In this document: one piece after another, positions 41,547 through 52,138 of the stretch | How the letters are laid out: every line of letters starts with the position of its first letter | Position numbering within the stretch: the first letter of the stretch is position 1 | Assembly (NCBI GenBank): GCA_963774265.1 | Contig: CAVZDU010000006.1 | Location: 333,005 to 397,004, forward strand | Source: an uncultured Chloroflexia bacterium | Lineage (GTDB): Bacteria > Chloroflexota > Anaerolineae > CG2-30-64-16 | Direction of reading: 5' to 3' | Length of the DNA: 64,000 nucleotides | The notes under the pieces: model-generated | The model's input: the letters and a program-made list of their open reading frames with translations, nothing else | Databases searched by the model: none | Told to the model about the DNA's origin: nothing | Position numbers and translations under genes: made by a program

Positions 41547-42317
41547 TCAAGGCACAATATCCGCGATCGAGTTGACGATGCGGGTGGGCTGGTAGGGGAA
41601 GCGATCGACATCCTCCGCGTGAGTCACGCCCGAGAGCACGAGGATGGTCTCCATGCCGGTCTGGACGCCGCCGATGATGTCAGTGTCCATGCGGTCGCCA
41701 ACCATGACGGTGTCTTCGGAATGGGCGCCGATGGAATTGAGCGCGAGGCGCAGCATCAAGGGGTTGGGTTTGCCGACGAAGAAGGCGCTGATCCCGCTGG
41801 CCCGCTCGATGAGCGCGGCGACTGCACCGCACGCTGGGACGATGCCGCCTTCGCCCGGTCCCATCGCGTCGGGATTGGTGGCGATGAAGCGTGCGCCCGC
41901 GGCCACCAGTCGCGTGGCCTGGGTTAGCTGTTCGAGCGAGTAGTTAGCCGCCTCGCCCAGCACGACGTAGTCGGGATCGCGCTCAGTGATCACGTAGCCC
42001 TCGCTGTGCACCGCGAACGTCAGCCCGCTCTCGCCGATGACGTAGGCGGTGCCGTACGGACGCTGGGCGGAGATGAAGCGCGCGGTGGCCATCGCGGATG
42101 TGAAGATGCACTCCGGGGGGATCTCGAGCCCGCTGCCTGCAAGCCGGAAAGACAGGTCACCCGGGGTGTAGCGCGAGTTGTTGGTCAGGATGAGGAATTT
42201 CGCGCCCCGGCTGCGCAGCCGGCCGATGAATTCGTTTGCGCCTGGGATGCCGATGCCGCCGGTGACCAGCACGCCGTCCATGTCGATCAGGTAGTTCTTG
42301 GGTTCGTCCTTCTTCAT
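41547..42317 (-). CDS. nagD: HAD-IIA hydrolase (NagD family)
   Basis: [34 protein letters not shown]. Confidence 0.85.
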   Translation of the reverse strand: MKKDEPKNYLIDMDGVLVTGGIGIPGANEFIGRLRSRGAKFLILTNNSRYTPGDLSFRLAGSGLEIPPECIFTSAMATARFISAQRPYGTAYVIGESGLTFAVHSEGYVITERDPDYVVLGEAANYSLEQLTQATRLVAAGARFIATNPDAMGPGEGGIVPACGAVAALIERASGISAFFVGKPNPLMLRLALNSIGAHSEDTVMVGDRMDTDIIGGVQTGMETILVLSGVTHAEDVDRFPYQPTRIVNSIADIVP

Positions 42318-42357
42318 ATCCTTCCCCTTTGTTTTCTCCGGGCCCACTGGACCTGTC

Positions 42358-43107
42358 TCAGTCAAACAAGGCCGGAAGCACATGGAGCAGTTCCGGCAGT
42401 TCTTTCACGCGGGCGTCAGGAATAATCGCCGGATGGCTTTCCACACGATGATCGACCTCGATGAGCACCGCCTTCATGCCGACCGCATGGGGTCCGCCAA
42501 CATCGGGGATCAGGCGATCGCCCACGTACACCGCGTTCTCGGCCGCCAGGCCCAACCGATCGAGCGCAACCTGGAAGATCTTGGGATGCGGCTTGGCAAC
42601 GCCTATGTCCGAAGAATAAATCCGGACATCAAGTAATTCGGACAGGCCCCAGCGCTGCAGGTTAGCGCTCAGGAAACGGCCGGGCTGAATGGTGTTCGAA
42701 ATTGCGCCGAGCAGCAGGCCGCGCGATTTCAGCGCGGCCAACGTGTCAACTGCACCCTCGCGCAACGGAGTGACCGGCCCGGCCTCGCCCCGGCAGTAAG
42801 CTTCGCCGGCCGCTTCGACTAACTCGTCATCCGCCGGAAGTCCCCGTGCCTGAAGGAACCGCCGCATCACCGTGAAGATGTCGATCCCCCATTGTTCGGC
42901 CAGTGCGGCCTGGTACTGCCCTTCGCTATCGGCTGCCAGCGCCTCGCAGAACGCGTCTCGTTGACCCAGGGTGGCGCCTCGCGCAGCCAGGGCTTCATAG
43001 ACGCGGCCGGCGCGCAGCCTCACACGTTCCTCGTAACTGCCCCGGCCCTCTCCAAGATCGACGATCGTGTCGCCCATATCGAACAACACGGCCTTGAGTT
43101 CCGCCAC
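42358..43107 (-). CDS. HAD-IA hydrolase
   Basis: FDMGDT, ISN, KPHPKIF, YVGDRL.PD. Confidence 0.85.
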   Translation of the reverse strand: MAELKAVLFDMGDTIVDLGEGRGSYEERVRLRAGRVYEALAARGATLGQRDAFCEALAADSEGQYQAALAEQWGIDIFTVMRRFLQARGLPADDELVEAAGEAYCRGEAGPVTPLREGAVDTLAALKSRGLLLGAISNTIQPGRFLSANLQRWGLSELLDVRIYSSDIGVAKPHPKIFQVALDRLGLAAENAVYVGDRLIPDVGGPHAVGMKAVLIEVDHRVESHPAIIPDARVKELPELLHVLPALFD

Positions 43108-43114
43108 CTTGCCC

Positions 43115-44240
43115 TTATCTCCCCTTCATATGTGCGAGCCGCAGCGCCGCTTGGGGATCGAGCGGCTGGTCGAGCACGGCCAGGTTCTCGCGTACGTGCT
43201 CAACGCGTGTGCTGCCGAACAAGGCCGAGGCAACCCCCGGCAGCGAACGGACAAACTGCAGGCTGCGCTGGTCCCTGCTGCCAAGCGAACCAAACACCGT
43301 CTGCAGGGCTTCCTGCACACGCGGCGATATCTGTCCCTGCCCCAAGGCGGCACTGGCCACCACTGTCAAGCCCAGGTCGGCCGCGGCCAAGAGCACGGAC
43401 AGGATGCTGTTTTTCACCGGTTGATTACGTAAAGTCGCAGCTTCGGACATGGCGGGGCTGAGCGGTAATTGTATCACGCGCAGGTGATGATCCGGGCCTG
43501 CAACCTCGGTCACGAGCCGCACGAGCACCTCCAGGCTCATGTAGTTGTCTGAGAGTGGCGCCTCGCGTAGCCCTTCCCAGGTCGCCAGTCCGTAACAACC
43601 AAGACGTCCCGCGCTGACCTCTTCCTCCAGCCGTGCGCACGCGAGCTGCAAGCGGCGGCGGAAGGTTGTGCGATCGACAAACGCGAGCTGCGTTTCAGGG
43701 TTCTGCAGATAGAAGATGTCCAGGGTGCGCAGCCCCGTGTTGCGGAGGCTCCAGGTGATCTGCTGGCCGATAAAGTCCGGGGCCATGCAGTGGATGCCGC
43801 CGGCAAAATCGTCAGGCTCGGCGATGCCTGGCGCGATGAAGTGATCGTACACGTAGTGGCCCGCGTCGCCGGGTGCGGTCACCTGGTACGGGATGAACCC
43901 GGCCTTGCTGGCCACGATCAGCTCGTCGCGTTGGGCTGCGCCGCTCGCAATCAGCTCGGCCAGGGCCCGCCCCAGGACGACTTCGCTGCGCTGGCCGCGG
44001 TAGCTGACCGCGACGTCGAAATGGTTGCACCCCGCTCGCACCGCGGCGTCGACTGCTGCACAATAACGCGCGTCGACTTCGTCGGTCGGGTCGCCCCCCG
44101 CTAAGCCAAAGCCGATCGAGGAAATCGCCAGGCCCTGGAAGACGCGGAAATGGCCGCTGACCGCGGCGGACGGCGCCACGGCGTGCTGTCGCGCGGCGAA
44201 GCGGCCGGTCCCTGCGGGGGTCGCGTGGCCCTGGAGCGCC

Positions 44241-44242
<2 letters not shown>
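43115..44242 (-). CDS. Aldo/keto reductase family protein
   Basis: [49 protein letters not shown]. Confidence 0.8.
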
Positions 44243-45370
<1,128 letters not shown>

Positions 45371-45383
45371 TCACCGTACCAAT

Positions 45384-45695
45384 AGAAAACGCCCCGTCCC
45401 TGGCATAGCCAGGGACGAGGCGCAATTCCTCGCGGTACCACCCTGATTGGCCGGCGAACGCCGGCCCCCTCTGCCGATACGGCAGCGACTCCCGACGTCG
45501 CACTGCACGCCCAGATAACGGAGGCGTCATCGGCGCGCCTCTGGTAACGGTGGCGTCTCCGGCAACAGCTTCTTCAGGCTCCGACTCCCCGGCCCATTCG
45601 CCGACACCGTGGCTGCCTCGTTCGCACCCATCGGAGGCTCTCTGAAGCCCACTTCGCCGCTTACTTGCCCGGTTCACAGTCTTTGATTGTGATCG
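45384..45695 (-). ncRNA. T-box riboswitch with Trp (UGG) specifier and intrinsic terminator
   Basis: Reverse strand: AGAGA box, GGTGCGAA loop, GAA-TGG specifier (45596-45594), T-box AATCAGGGTGGTACCGCG (45448-45431), terminator GCGCCTCGTCCCTGG-ctatg-CCAGGGACGGGGCGTTTTCT. Confidence 0.92.
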
Positions 45696-45707
45696 ATTGT
45701 GACGGAG

Positions 45708-45737
45708 AGTATGCCACAGGGCTCGGACGGCTGTCAA
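45708..45737 (-). promoter_or_regulatory. Sigma70 promoter of T-box-trpS
   Basis: Reverse strand TTGACA, 18 bp, CATACT just upstream of the T-box stem I. Confidence 0.65.
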
Positions 45738-45778
45738 ACGAACCGAGCTAAACTGGCGATTCAAATGTCCGCCGTTAA

Positions 45779-45806
45779 TTGACATTACGCGTAGAACGGA
45801 TATGTT
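45779..45806 (+). promoter_or_regulatory. Candidate divergent sigma70 promoter for the rubredoxin-like/kamA cassette
   Basis: TTGACA (45779-45784), 16 bp, TATGTT (45801-45806). Confidence 0.5.
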
Positions 45807-45996
45807 AGAGACAAGTGCGTAACGCATCCTCGGCCTTGACCTGTCCCTCTGTCACCATCGCGTGCGCTTCAGTACTGTCGGCGCTGGCACACTGACAAGG
45901 TTGTCAGTTTATGGCGCGTATTGGCTAGCCTGACACATCAGGCAGCTGTCTCGCTGCGTCCTGGTATGCTGTGCAGACTGAGGACATGCTCGCAGG

Positions 45997-46230
45997 ATGG
46001 ACGTGCGACGACACGAGCCGGCGATCACCGGCGAATGGGAATGTATGGAGTGCGGCTATATCGAAGAAGGGCATGCCGGACGCAGCCGCCGCAGACCTGT
46101 CCGGATTGCAGCGCCGCCGCAAGGCCCTGGAGTTCTTCCCGTACGGGATGACCTGGACGAAGACACCGGGGAAGCCGAGCCGTTCGAAGAACTGGTCGAG
46201 GACGACGAATCGATGACGAGGGATGAAGGG
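45997..46230 (+). CDS. Small rubredoxin-like (CxxC…CxxC) protein with an acidic tail; frameshifted, end approximate
   Basis: WECMECGYIEEG, PPQTCPDC and ALEFFPY…DDLDEDTGEAEPFEELVEDDE read across three frames. Confidence 0.6.
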
Positions 46231-46502
46231 TTATGCCGATCGATCAGCATAACGGGGTATTTCAGGAGGACGATGCCACTCGCGTGGCTGGACGACTGCA
46301 AATTAGCTGGGTAACCACCGGCAAGAGGCCATTCTAGGGTTTCCGCCGCCGGTAGGGCCCGATACAAACGACCGAACACCCCTGCGACCATGTGCAGATC
46401 ACCTGGCGGCGCTGGCTTTCAGCGACCGACGGGCGGTCTGTATTGCCTGATCGTTGCAGGGGTTTTGTTTTGCCCGGAAAGCATCTTACCGTGAGGATAG
46501 TC

Positions 46503-47970
46503 ATGAACAATGTTATCGAACTCGAGACTTGGTGGAAGAGTCACCTCACGCAGCTGAGGAGCCTCCCCAACGGAGCGCCCTGGCCGCGATCGACGCGCAG
46601 GGTGAGCGCAAGTCGCGCCGCGCGCCATCTGGGCCGATGTGCCCGACGCGCAGTGGAACGATTGGCGCTGGCAGCTCAGTCACCGGCTGAATTCGCTGGA
46701 GGAGCTGAGCCAGATCATCAACCTGACACCAGAGGAAGTCGAAGGCTGCCGCAGCCACCACTTCCGGGTGGACATCACCCCGTACTTCGCTTCGCTGATC
46801 GACCCCGACGACCCGAACTGCCCGATCCGCCGCCAGGTGATCCCGACCGGCAAGGAGTTGGTCGGCGTTCGACGGCATGGTGGCAGACTCGCTGAACGAA
46901 GACGCCCATAGCCCGGTGCCCGGCCTGGTGCATCGCTATCCCGACCGGGTGCTGATGCTGGTCACGACCCAGTGCGCCAGCTACTGCCGCTACTGCACGC
47001 GCAGCCGCCTGGTGGGCGACCCGAGCGCGCAGTTCAGCCGCAGCGACTACGACGCGCAGATCGACTACATCGCGCGCACGCCGCAGGTCCGCGACGTGCT
47101 GCTCTCGCGGCGGCGACCCGCTGATCCTGCCGCCGCAGGATCCTGGAGGACATGCTGCGCCGGCTGCGGGCCATCCAGCACGTCGAGATCATCCGCATCG
47201 GCAGCCGCGTGCCGGTCTTCCTGCCGCAGCGCATCACGCCCGAGCTGGTGGCGATGCTGCGCCAGTTCCATCCGCTGTGGATGAACATCCACTTCAACCA
47301 CGCGAAGGAGCTGACGCCCGAGGTCGTCGCAGGCCGCTGGCCCGCCTGGCCGACGCGGGCATCCCGCTGGGCGCGCAGACCGTGCTGCTGGCCGGCGTCA
47401 ACGACTCGGTCGAGGTGATGAAGGAGCTGGTGCACAAGCTGGTGCGCAACCGCGTGCGGCCCTACTACCTCTACCAGTGCGACCTGGTGGAGGGCGCCGG
47501 CCACTTCCGCACGACGGTCAGCAAGGGCATCGAGATCATCGAGGGGCTGCGCGGGCACACCAGCGGCTACGCCATCCCGACCTACGTGGTCGATGCGCCC
47601 GGCGGCGGCGGCAAGATCCCGGTCATGCCGCAGTACCTGATCAGCCAGGCGCCGGGCAAGGTGGTGCTGCGCAACTTCGAGGGCTTCATCACCACCTACG
47701 ACGAGCCGAACGACTACACGGGCCACACCGTCGCCCGGCCCGAGCGGGCAGCTGCCGAAGCCGGCGACGCGGGCAGGAAGGCGTCTCACGGCCTGCTGTC
47801 GGGCGAGCGCGATCACATCAAGCCGGAAGGCTTCGACCGGACGCATGCACGCTCGGCAGGTCCGTGAGGAAGCGCTGCCGCTCGGGCCGCTCGACTGGCA
47901 GGTGTCAACGGCCGGAATCGGTCGACCGGTCGCAACGGCGCCGGCGAGCGATAGCGGGAACGGGCATAAG
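46503..47970 (+). CDS. kamA: Lysine 2,3-aminomutase (radical SAM/PLP); several indels
   Basis: [59 protein letters not shown]. Confidence 0.88.
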
Positions 47971-48081
47971 CCGCTGATTGAGCCGCAGAGACTGCATAGA
48001 GTCACGCGCAGATGACAGCTGCATCAGCGTCTGTCATCGGCGTCTTCTGATGCAACGAACGTCCACGAGAGAACGCCACCC

Positions 48082-49152
48082 ATGGGCTTGAACGTCGCCG
48101 TCCTGGCGAACCTGAAGAAGAACGCGCCGCACTATGCGGGCATGCCCGCCGACGCGTGGGATGACCTGGATTCCGACATCACGGTCAACGCCATCGTCGC
48201 GGCCCTGGAGGCGGGCGGGCACCGGGCGACGTTCCTGGAAGGCAACCTGACGCTGGTCGACGACCTTGCCCAGGCTGAAGCCCGACATCTGCTTCAACAT
48301 CTGCGAGGGGCACTGGGGCGACTCGCCGCGAGTCGCACGTGCCGGCGCATCCTGGAGATGCTGCGCATCCCCTACACCGGCCAGCGGCGTGCTGACCCTG
48401 GCGCTGACCCTGGACAAGCCGATGACCAAGCGCGTGCTGGCGTTCCACGGCCTGCCGACGCCCGCGTTCCAGGTCTTCGAGCGCGCCGACGAGCCGCTCG
48501 ACGCCGATCTGACGCTTCCCGCTGTTCGTCAAACCCAGCCGCGAGGGCACGGGCATGGGGGTCAGCGGGCAATTCGATCGTGCACGACGAAGCGCGAGCT
48601 GCGCGACCAGCTGGCCGAGCAGCTCGCGCGCTACCGCCAGCCGATCCTGGTCGAGCGCTTCATCCGCGGCCGCGAGGTGACGGTCGGCGTGATCGGCAAC
48701 TCTGACGCGCCGGTCGCCTGGCGCGTGCCGGAGGATGAGCAGGCCGCCCGCGTGCATCGAGGGGCTGCACTTCCTGCCACCGCTCGAGGTCGACTTCGCC
48801 GCCTACCCGGAGAGCGAAGGCGGCGTCTACACCAACCGCATGAAGACGGAGTGGGCGCACGATTTCCGCTATTCTGTGCCCGGCGCCGCTGGATGCCGGC
48901 GCTGGTGGAGCAGCTGCAACTGGCTGACGGCCGCGGTCTTCCGCGTGACCGGCTGCCGTGGATGTCGCGCGCGTGGACTTCCGACTGGACGCGGACGACG
49001 GCGACCAGCCGTACATCCTGGAGGTGAACCCGCTGCCCGGCCTCTATCCCGGCTTGAGCGACCTGGTGCTGGAGGCTGAAGCCGAGGGGATGAGTTACGC
49101 CGCGCTCATCAACGCGATCCTAGATGTGGCGCGGGCAAGGTATGGGGTGTAG
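48082..49152 (+). CDS. D-Ala-D-Ala ligase-like ATP-grasp protein; several indels
   Basis: FNICEG, LEMLRIPYTG, LDKPMTK, FVKPSREGTGMG, LVERFIRGREVTVG, ARVDFR, LEVNPLPG. Confidence 0.8.
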
Positions 49153-49180
49153 ATAGGTGCCCCAAGGTGCCGGGCACCTA

Positions 49181-51211
49181 TCATATCGGGATGCACACCT
49201 GAATCTGTGTGCCGCAATCTCGCTCACTGATGATTTCGAAGGTGCCGCCGAGATTCTGGGCGCGCTCTCGCATCGAGTGCAATCCCAGGTGACCCGGATA
49301 CTCGGCCGTTGGATCAAAGCCCGCGCCGTTGTCGCGCACCTCCAGAACCAGTCCACCGTCCGCACACATCAGGCTGACTTCCAGCCGGCCGGGCTGCGCG
49401 TGCTTGACCGCATTCTGCAGCGCTTCCTGGGCGATGCGATAGAACGCCTCTTTGACCGGAAGCGGTACGTCGGGTTCATCGCACAGGCTGACCTCAACCT
49501 CGATGTGGTGGCGTGCGCGCAAGGCCTCCACTTGCTTCGTCAGCGCAGCCACCAGGCCTTCCCTCTCCAGTGATTCAGGTCGCAGCTCGAAGATCAGGGC
49601 GCGCATCTCCGTAAGCCCCGCATGGGCCAGTGAGAGCGCGAAGTCCAATGCCTCGCGCGTTTTCGCGCGGTCCGCATCAAGCTGAGCCAGCGCGGAGTGC
49701 ACTCCCAGGGAGACACCGTAAAGCGCCTGTGAGACTGAGTCATGGAGCTCACGCGCCAAGCGCTGCCTTTCCTCCAGTGCGCTGCGTTTCTGCATATCCT
49801 GCGCCAGCTCCGCTTGCGCCTCGCGGAACGCTTCTTCTGACTGCTTGCGCCTGGTAATGTCCTCGATGATTCCGGCGAAGCGGCGACCTCCTGCCGGGAA
49901 TATACTGACGCGCTGATGCCGGCCGACGGCCTGCGCGTACGTCTCGAACTCAGTAGGGGTCTGAGTAGCGACCACCGCCGCAAAACGCGGCAGATACTCG
50001 GGTATCGCCGCGGGGAAAAGCTCGCTGATGCGCCGGCCGACGATCTGATCGCGGGCGATGCCGGTATGCCGCGGATAGGCGTCGTTCACTTCCAGGACCC
50101 GCCAGTCCGCGGGCTGGCCTTGCTCGTCATAGAGCAACTCGTACAGCGCGAAGCCTTCCGCCATGTTCTGGAAGAGCAGACGGTACTTCTCTTCGCTCGC
50201 GAGCAGCGCCTCCTGTGCACGCACGCGCTTCGTGACCTCGAAGCCATAGAGGCGCACGACGTTGGATGCAGGAATCACATGAATTGACTCAGCGAAAATC
50301 CTGCTGCCCACCTGCACCTCGCGCTGGAATCTCGACTCCCGTTCTTGATGCAGTTCCTCCAAGATCGTTGCCATATCGTCGGGAAGGAAGGCGCGTGCGT
50401 CGTCTGCCAGGCCCAATTTCTCGAGCGTTTCTGCGACGGCCGGGTTGTGGAACGTGATGGCCCCTGAAGCATCAACTTCCAGGACAGGATTGGGGTTCAA
50501 CCGCGGAAAAGAGGACAGGTGCTGGATATCCGCCTCTGCACGCTTGCGCTCGGTGATGTCCATGCCGAAAGCGGCGATCCTGATGATCCTGCCCTCGCTA
50601 TCACAGATCGGGTAGACGTGGTTCTCGTACGTCCGGCCTGCCCGCTCATCGACGAAGTGCACGGGTTGAGCGGTCGTCAAGATGCGATCCAGGAGAGGTC
50701 GTCTGCGCTCGCCCACTTCAGGTGGAAAGAAATCGAACAAGGGGGAACCCACTAACCCTTCGACGGTGGCGCCCAATCTCCGCGCGGCCGTCGCATTGGA
50801 TGCCAGGACAATGCCCTCCGTGTCGAACAAGATCGCAGACTCAGACAAGGCATTCATCAGCGCCCGGGCCGTCTCCTCACTGGTCCGCAGCGCCTGCTCG
50901 ATCCGTTTGCGCTCAACGACCTCCGCTTGCAGCGCCTGGTTGGCCTGCTCCAATTGGGCCGTGCGCTCCACCACGCGGCTCTCCAGCGCGTCCAGCGCCT
51001 CGCGCTGCGCGACTTCCGCACGCCGGGCCGCGTCCACAGCCCGGTTCATCAGAAAGTAAGAGATCAGCACGATCGATGAAGCGAGAACGAGGTGCGGCCA
51101 GTCCAACCGTCCAAAGGCGCCGAAATGGCGATCCAGGAGCAGATCCAGCGCGATGAAACTCCCGGCCAGGACAACCGGGAGAACGGCATTTCGGAGTATA
51201 GCTTTTTTCAT
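49181..51211 (-). CDS. Membrane multi-PAS sensor histidine kinase (HisKA_3, NarX-like)
   Basis: 2 N-terminal TM helices, three PAS/PAC-like repeats, ERQRLARELHDSVSQ, QEALQNAVKHA, DNGAGF, GLHSMRER. Confidence 0.9.
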   Translation of the reverse strand: MKKAILRNAVLPVVLAGSFIALDLLLDRHFGAFGRLDWPHLVLASSIVLISYFLMNRAVDAARRAEVAQREALDALESRVVERTAQLEQANQALQAEVVERKRIEQALRTSEETARALMNALSESAILFDTEGIVLASNATAARRLGATVEGLVGSPLFDFFPPEVGERRRPLLDRILTTAQPVHFVDERAGRTYENHVYPICDSEGRIIRIAAFGMDITERKRAEADIQHLSSFPRLNPNPVLEVDASGAITFHNPAVAETLEKLGLADDARAFLPDDMATILEELHQERESRFQREVQVGSRIFAESIHVIPASNVVRLYGFEVTKRVRAQEALLASEEKYRLLFQNMAEGFALYELLYDEQGQPADWRVLEVNDAYPRHTGIARDQIVGRRISELFPAAIPEYLPRFAAVVATQTPTEFETYAQAVGRHQRVSIFPAGGRRFAGIIEDITRRKQSEEAFREAQAELAQDMQKRSALEERQRLARELHDSVSQALYGVSLGVHSALAQLDADRAKTREALDFALSLAHAGLTEMRALIFELRPESLEREGLVAALTKQVEALRARHHIEVEVSLCDEPDVPLPVKEAFYRIAQEALQNAVKHAQPGRLEVSLMCADGGLVLEVRDNGAGFDPTAEYPGHLGLHSMRERAQNLGGTFEIISERDCGTQIQVCIPI

Positions 51212-51233
51212 GAGACGCATCCTCACCAGGAGG

Positions 51234-51869
51234 CTATTTGGGGGACACCAGGCCGATGCGGATGGCGTAGAGCGCGGCCTGCGTGCGGCTGGGCACGCCC
51301 AATTTGTCGAGGATATGGCTGACGTGTGTCTTGGCGGTTTGTTCCGCGATGTTCAATGTCCCGGCGATTTCCTTGTTGGACCTGCCCTGCGCCAGCAGGC
51401 GCAACACCTCCGTCTCACGGCCGGTGAGCGGCTCGTCGCTCTTCTCCGGGGTGCGCACTTCACGCAGCAGGCGGGCCGCGGCCTGGGGGGAGAGTTGCAC
51501 CTGGCCGGCTGCCGCGGCCTTGATCGCGCGGCGCAGCTCGTGGGCGTCCGTATCCTTGAGCAGATAGCCGATCGCGCCCGCGCGCATCGCGTCGATGACC
51601 GCGTTGTCTTCCAGGACACTGGTCAACGCGATGACTTCGGTGTCGGGCAGATCGTGGCGGATGGCCGCGATGGCGGTGATGCCATCCATGACGGGCATGA
51701 GCAGGTCCATCAGCACGACATCAGGCGAAAGCCGGCGAGCCAGGTCGAGCGCCTCGGCGCCGTCGCGCGCCTCGCCGATGATGTCCAGCTCCGGGTCCGA
51801 GCCCAGAAACATGCGAAGCCCCTGGCGGACGATGCCATGATCATCGGCGATCAGGACACGAATCGACAT
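51234..51869 (-). CDS. NarL/LuxR family response regulator
   Basis: IADDH, LMDLLMP, GYLLKD, LT.RETEVL…SNKEIA HTH. Confidence 0.92.
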   Translation of the reverse strand: MSIRVLIADDHGIVRQGLRMFLGSDPELDIIGEARDGAEALDLARRLSPDVVLMDLLMPVMDGITAIAAIRHDLPDTEVIALTSVLEDNAVIDAMRAGAIGYLLKDTDAHELRRAIKAAAAGQVQLSPQAAARLLREVRTPEKSDEPLTGRETEVLRLLAQGRSNKEIAGTLNIAEQTAKTHVSHILDKLGVPSRTQAALYAIRIGLVSPK

Positions 51870-51907
51870 AGGGTCCTCCTGATACTTTTAGGGGAGAGAA
51901 GTGTTAG

Positions 51908-51971
51908 CCCAAAGTGCTAGACATGAATCACACATCGGCCCGATGTGTAAACCGTCTTGAAAGGCTATATT
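51908..51971 (+). promoter_or_regulatory. Promoter module copy 1, upstream of multicopper oxidase 1
   Basis: AAGTGCTAGAC-N12-TCGGCCCGATGTGTAAACCG-N11-TATATT; ungapped match to copy 2. Confidence 0.6.
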
Positions 51972-52138
51972 CCATGTCAGCGATCCTGCGCTCAACGGCT
52001 AACACGTGGACATTATACCACAGATATCCCAGCCAGGCCGATAATTCACCTTTCTTGGCCAGCGGACCGCGCTTAGCAGCAGGAGCATGCCCGCAACGCG
52101 ACGTGATTGCTGGCCCAACCTCATTAAGGAGCAAACCG

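Noticed and set aside
46332-46346. TTCTAGGGTTTCCG resembles the start of a guanidine-I (ykkC) riboswitch
   Set aside because: The downstream conserved elements (GGTCCGAG, ACAC.GC.GG..AAAAGCCCGG) are not recognisable.
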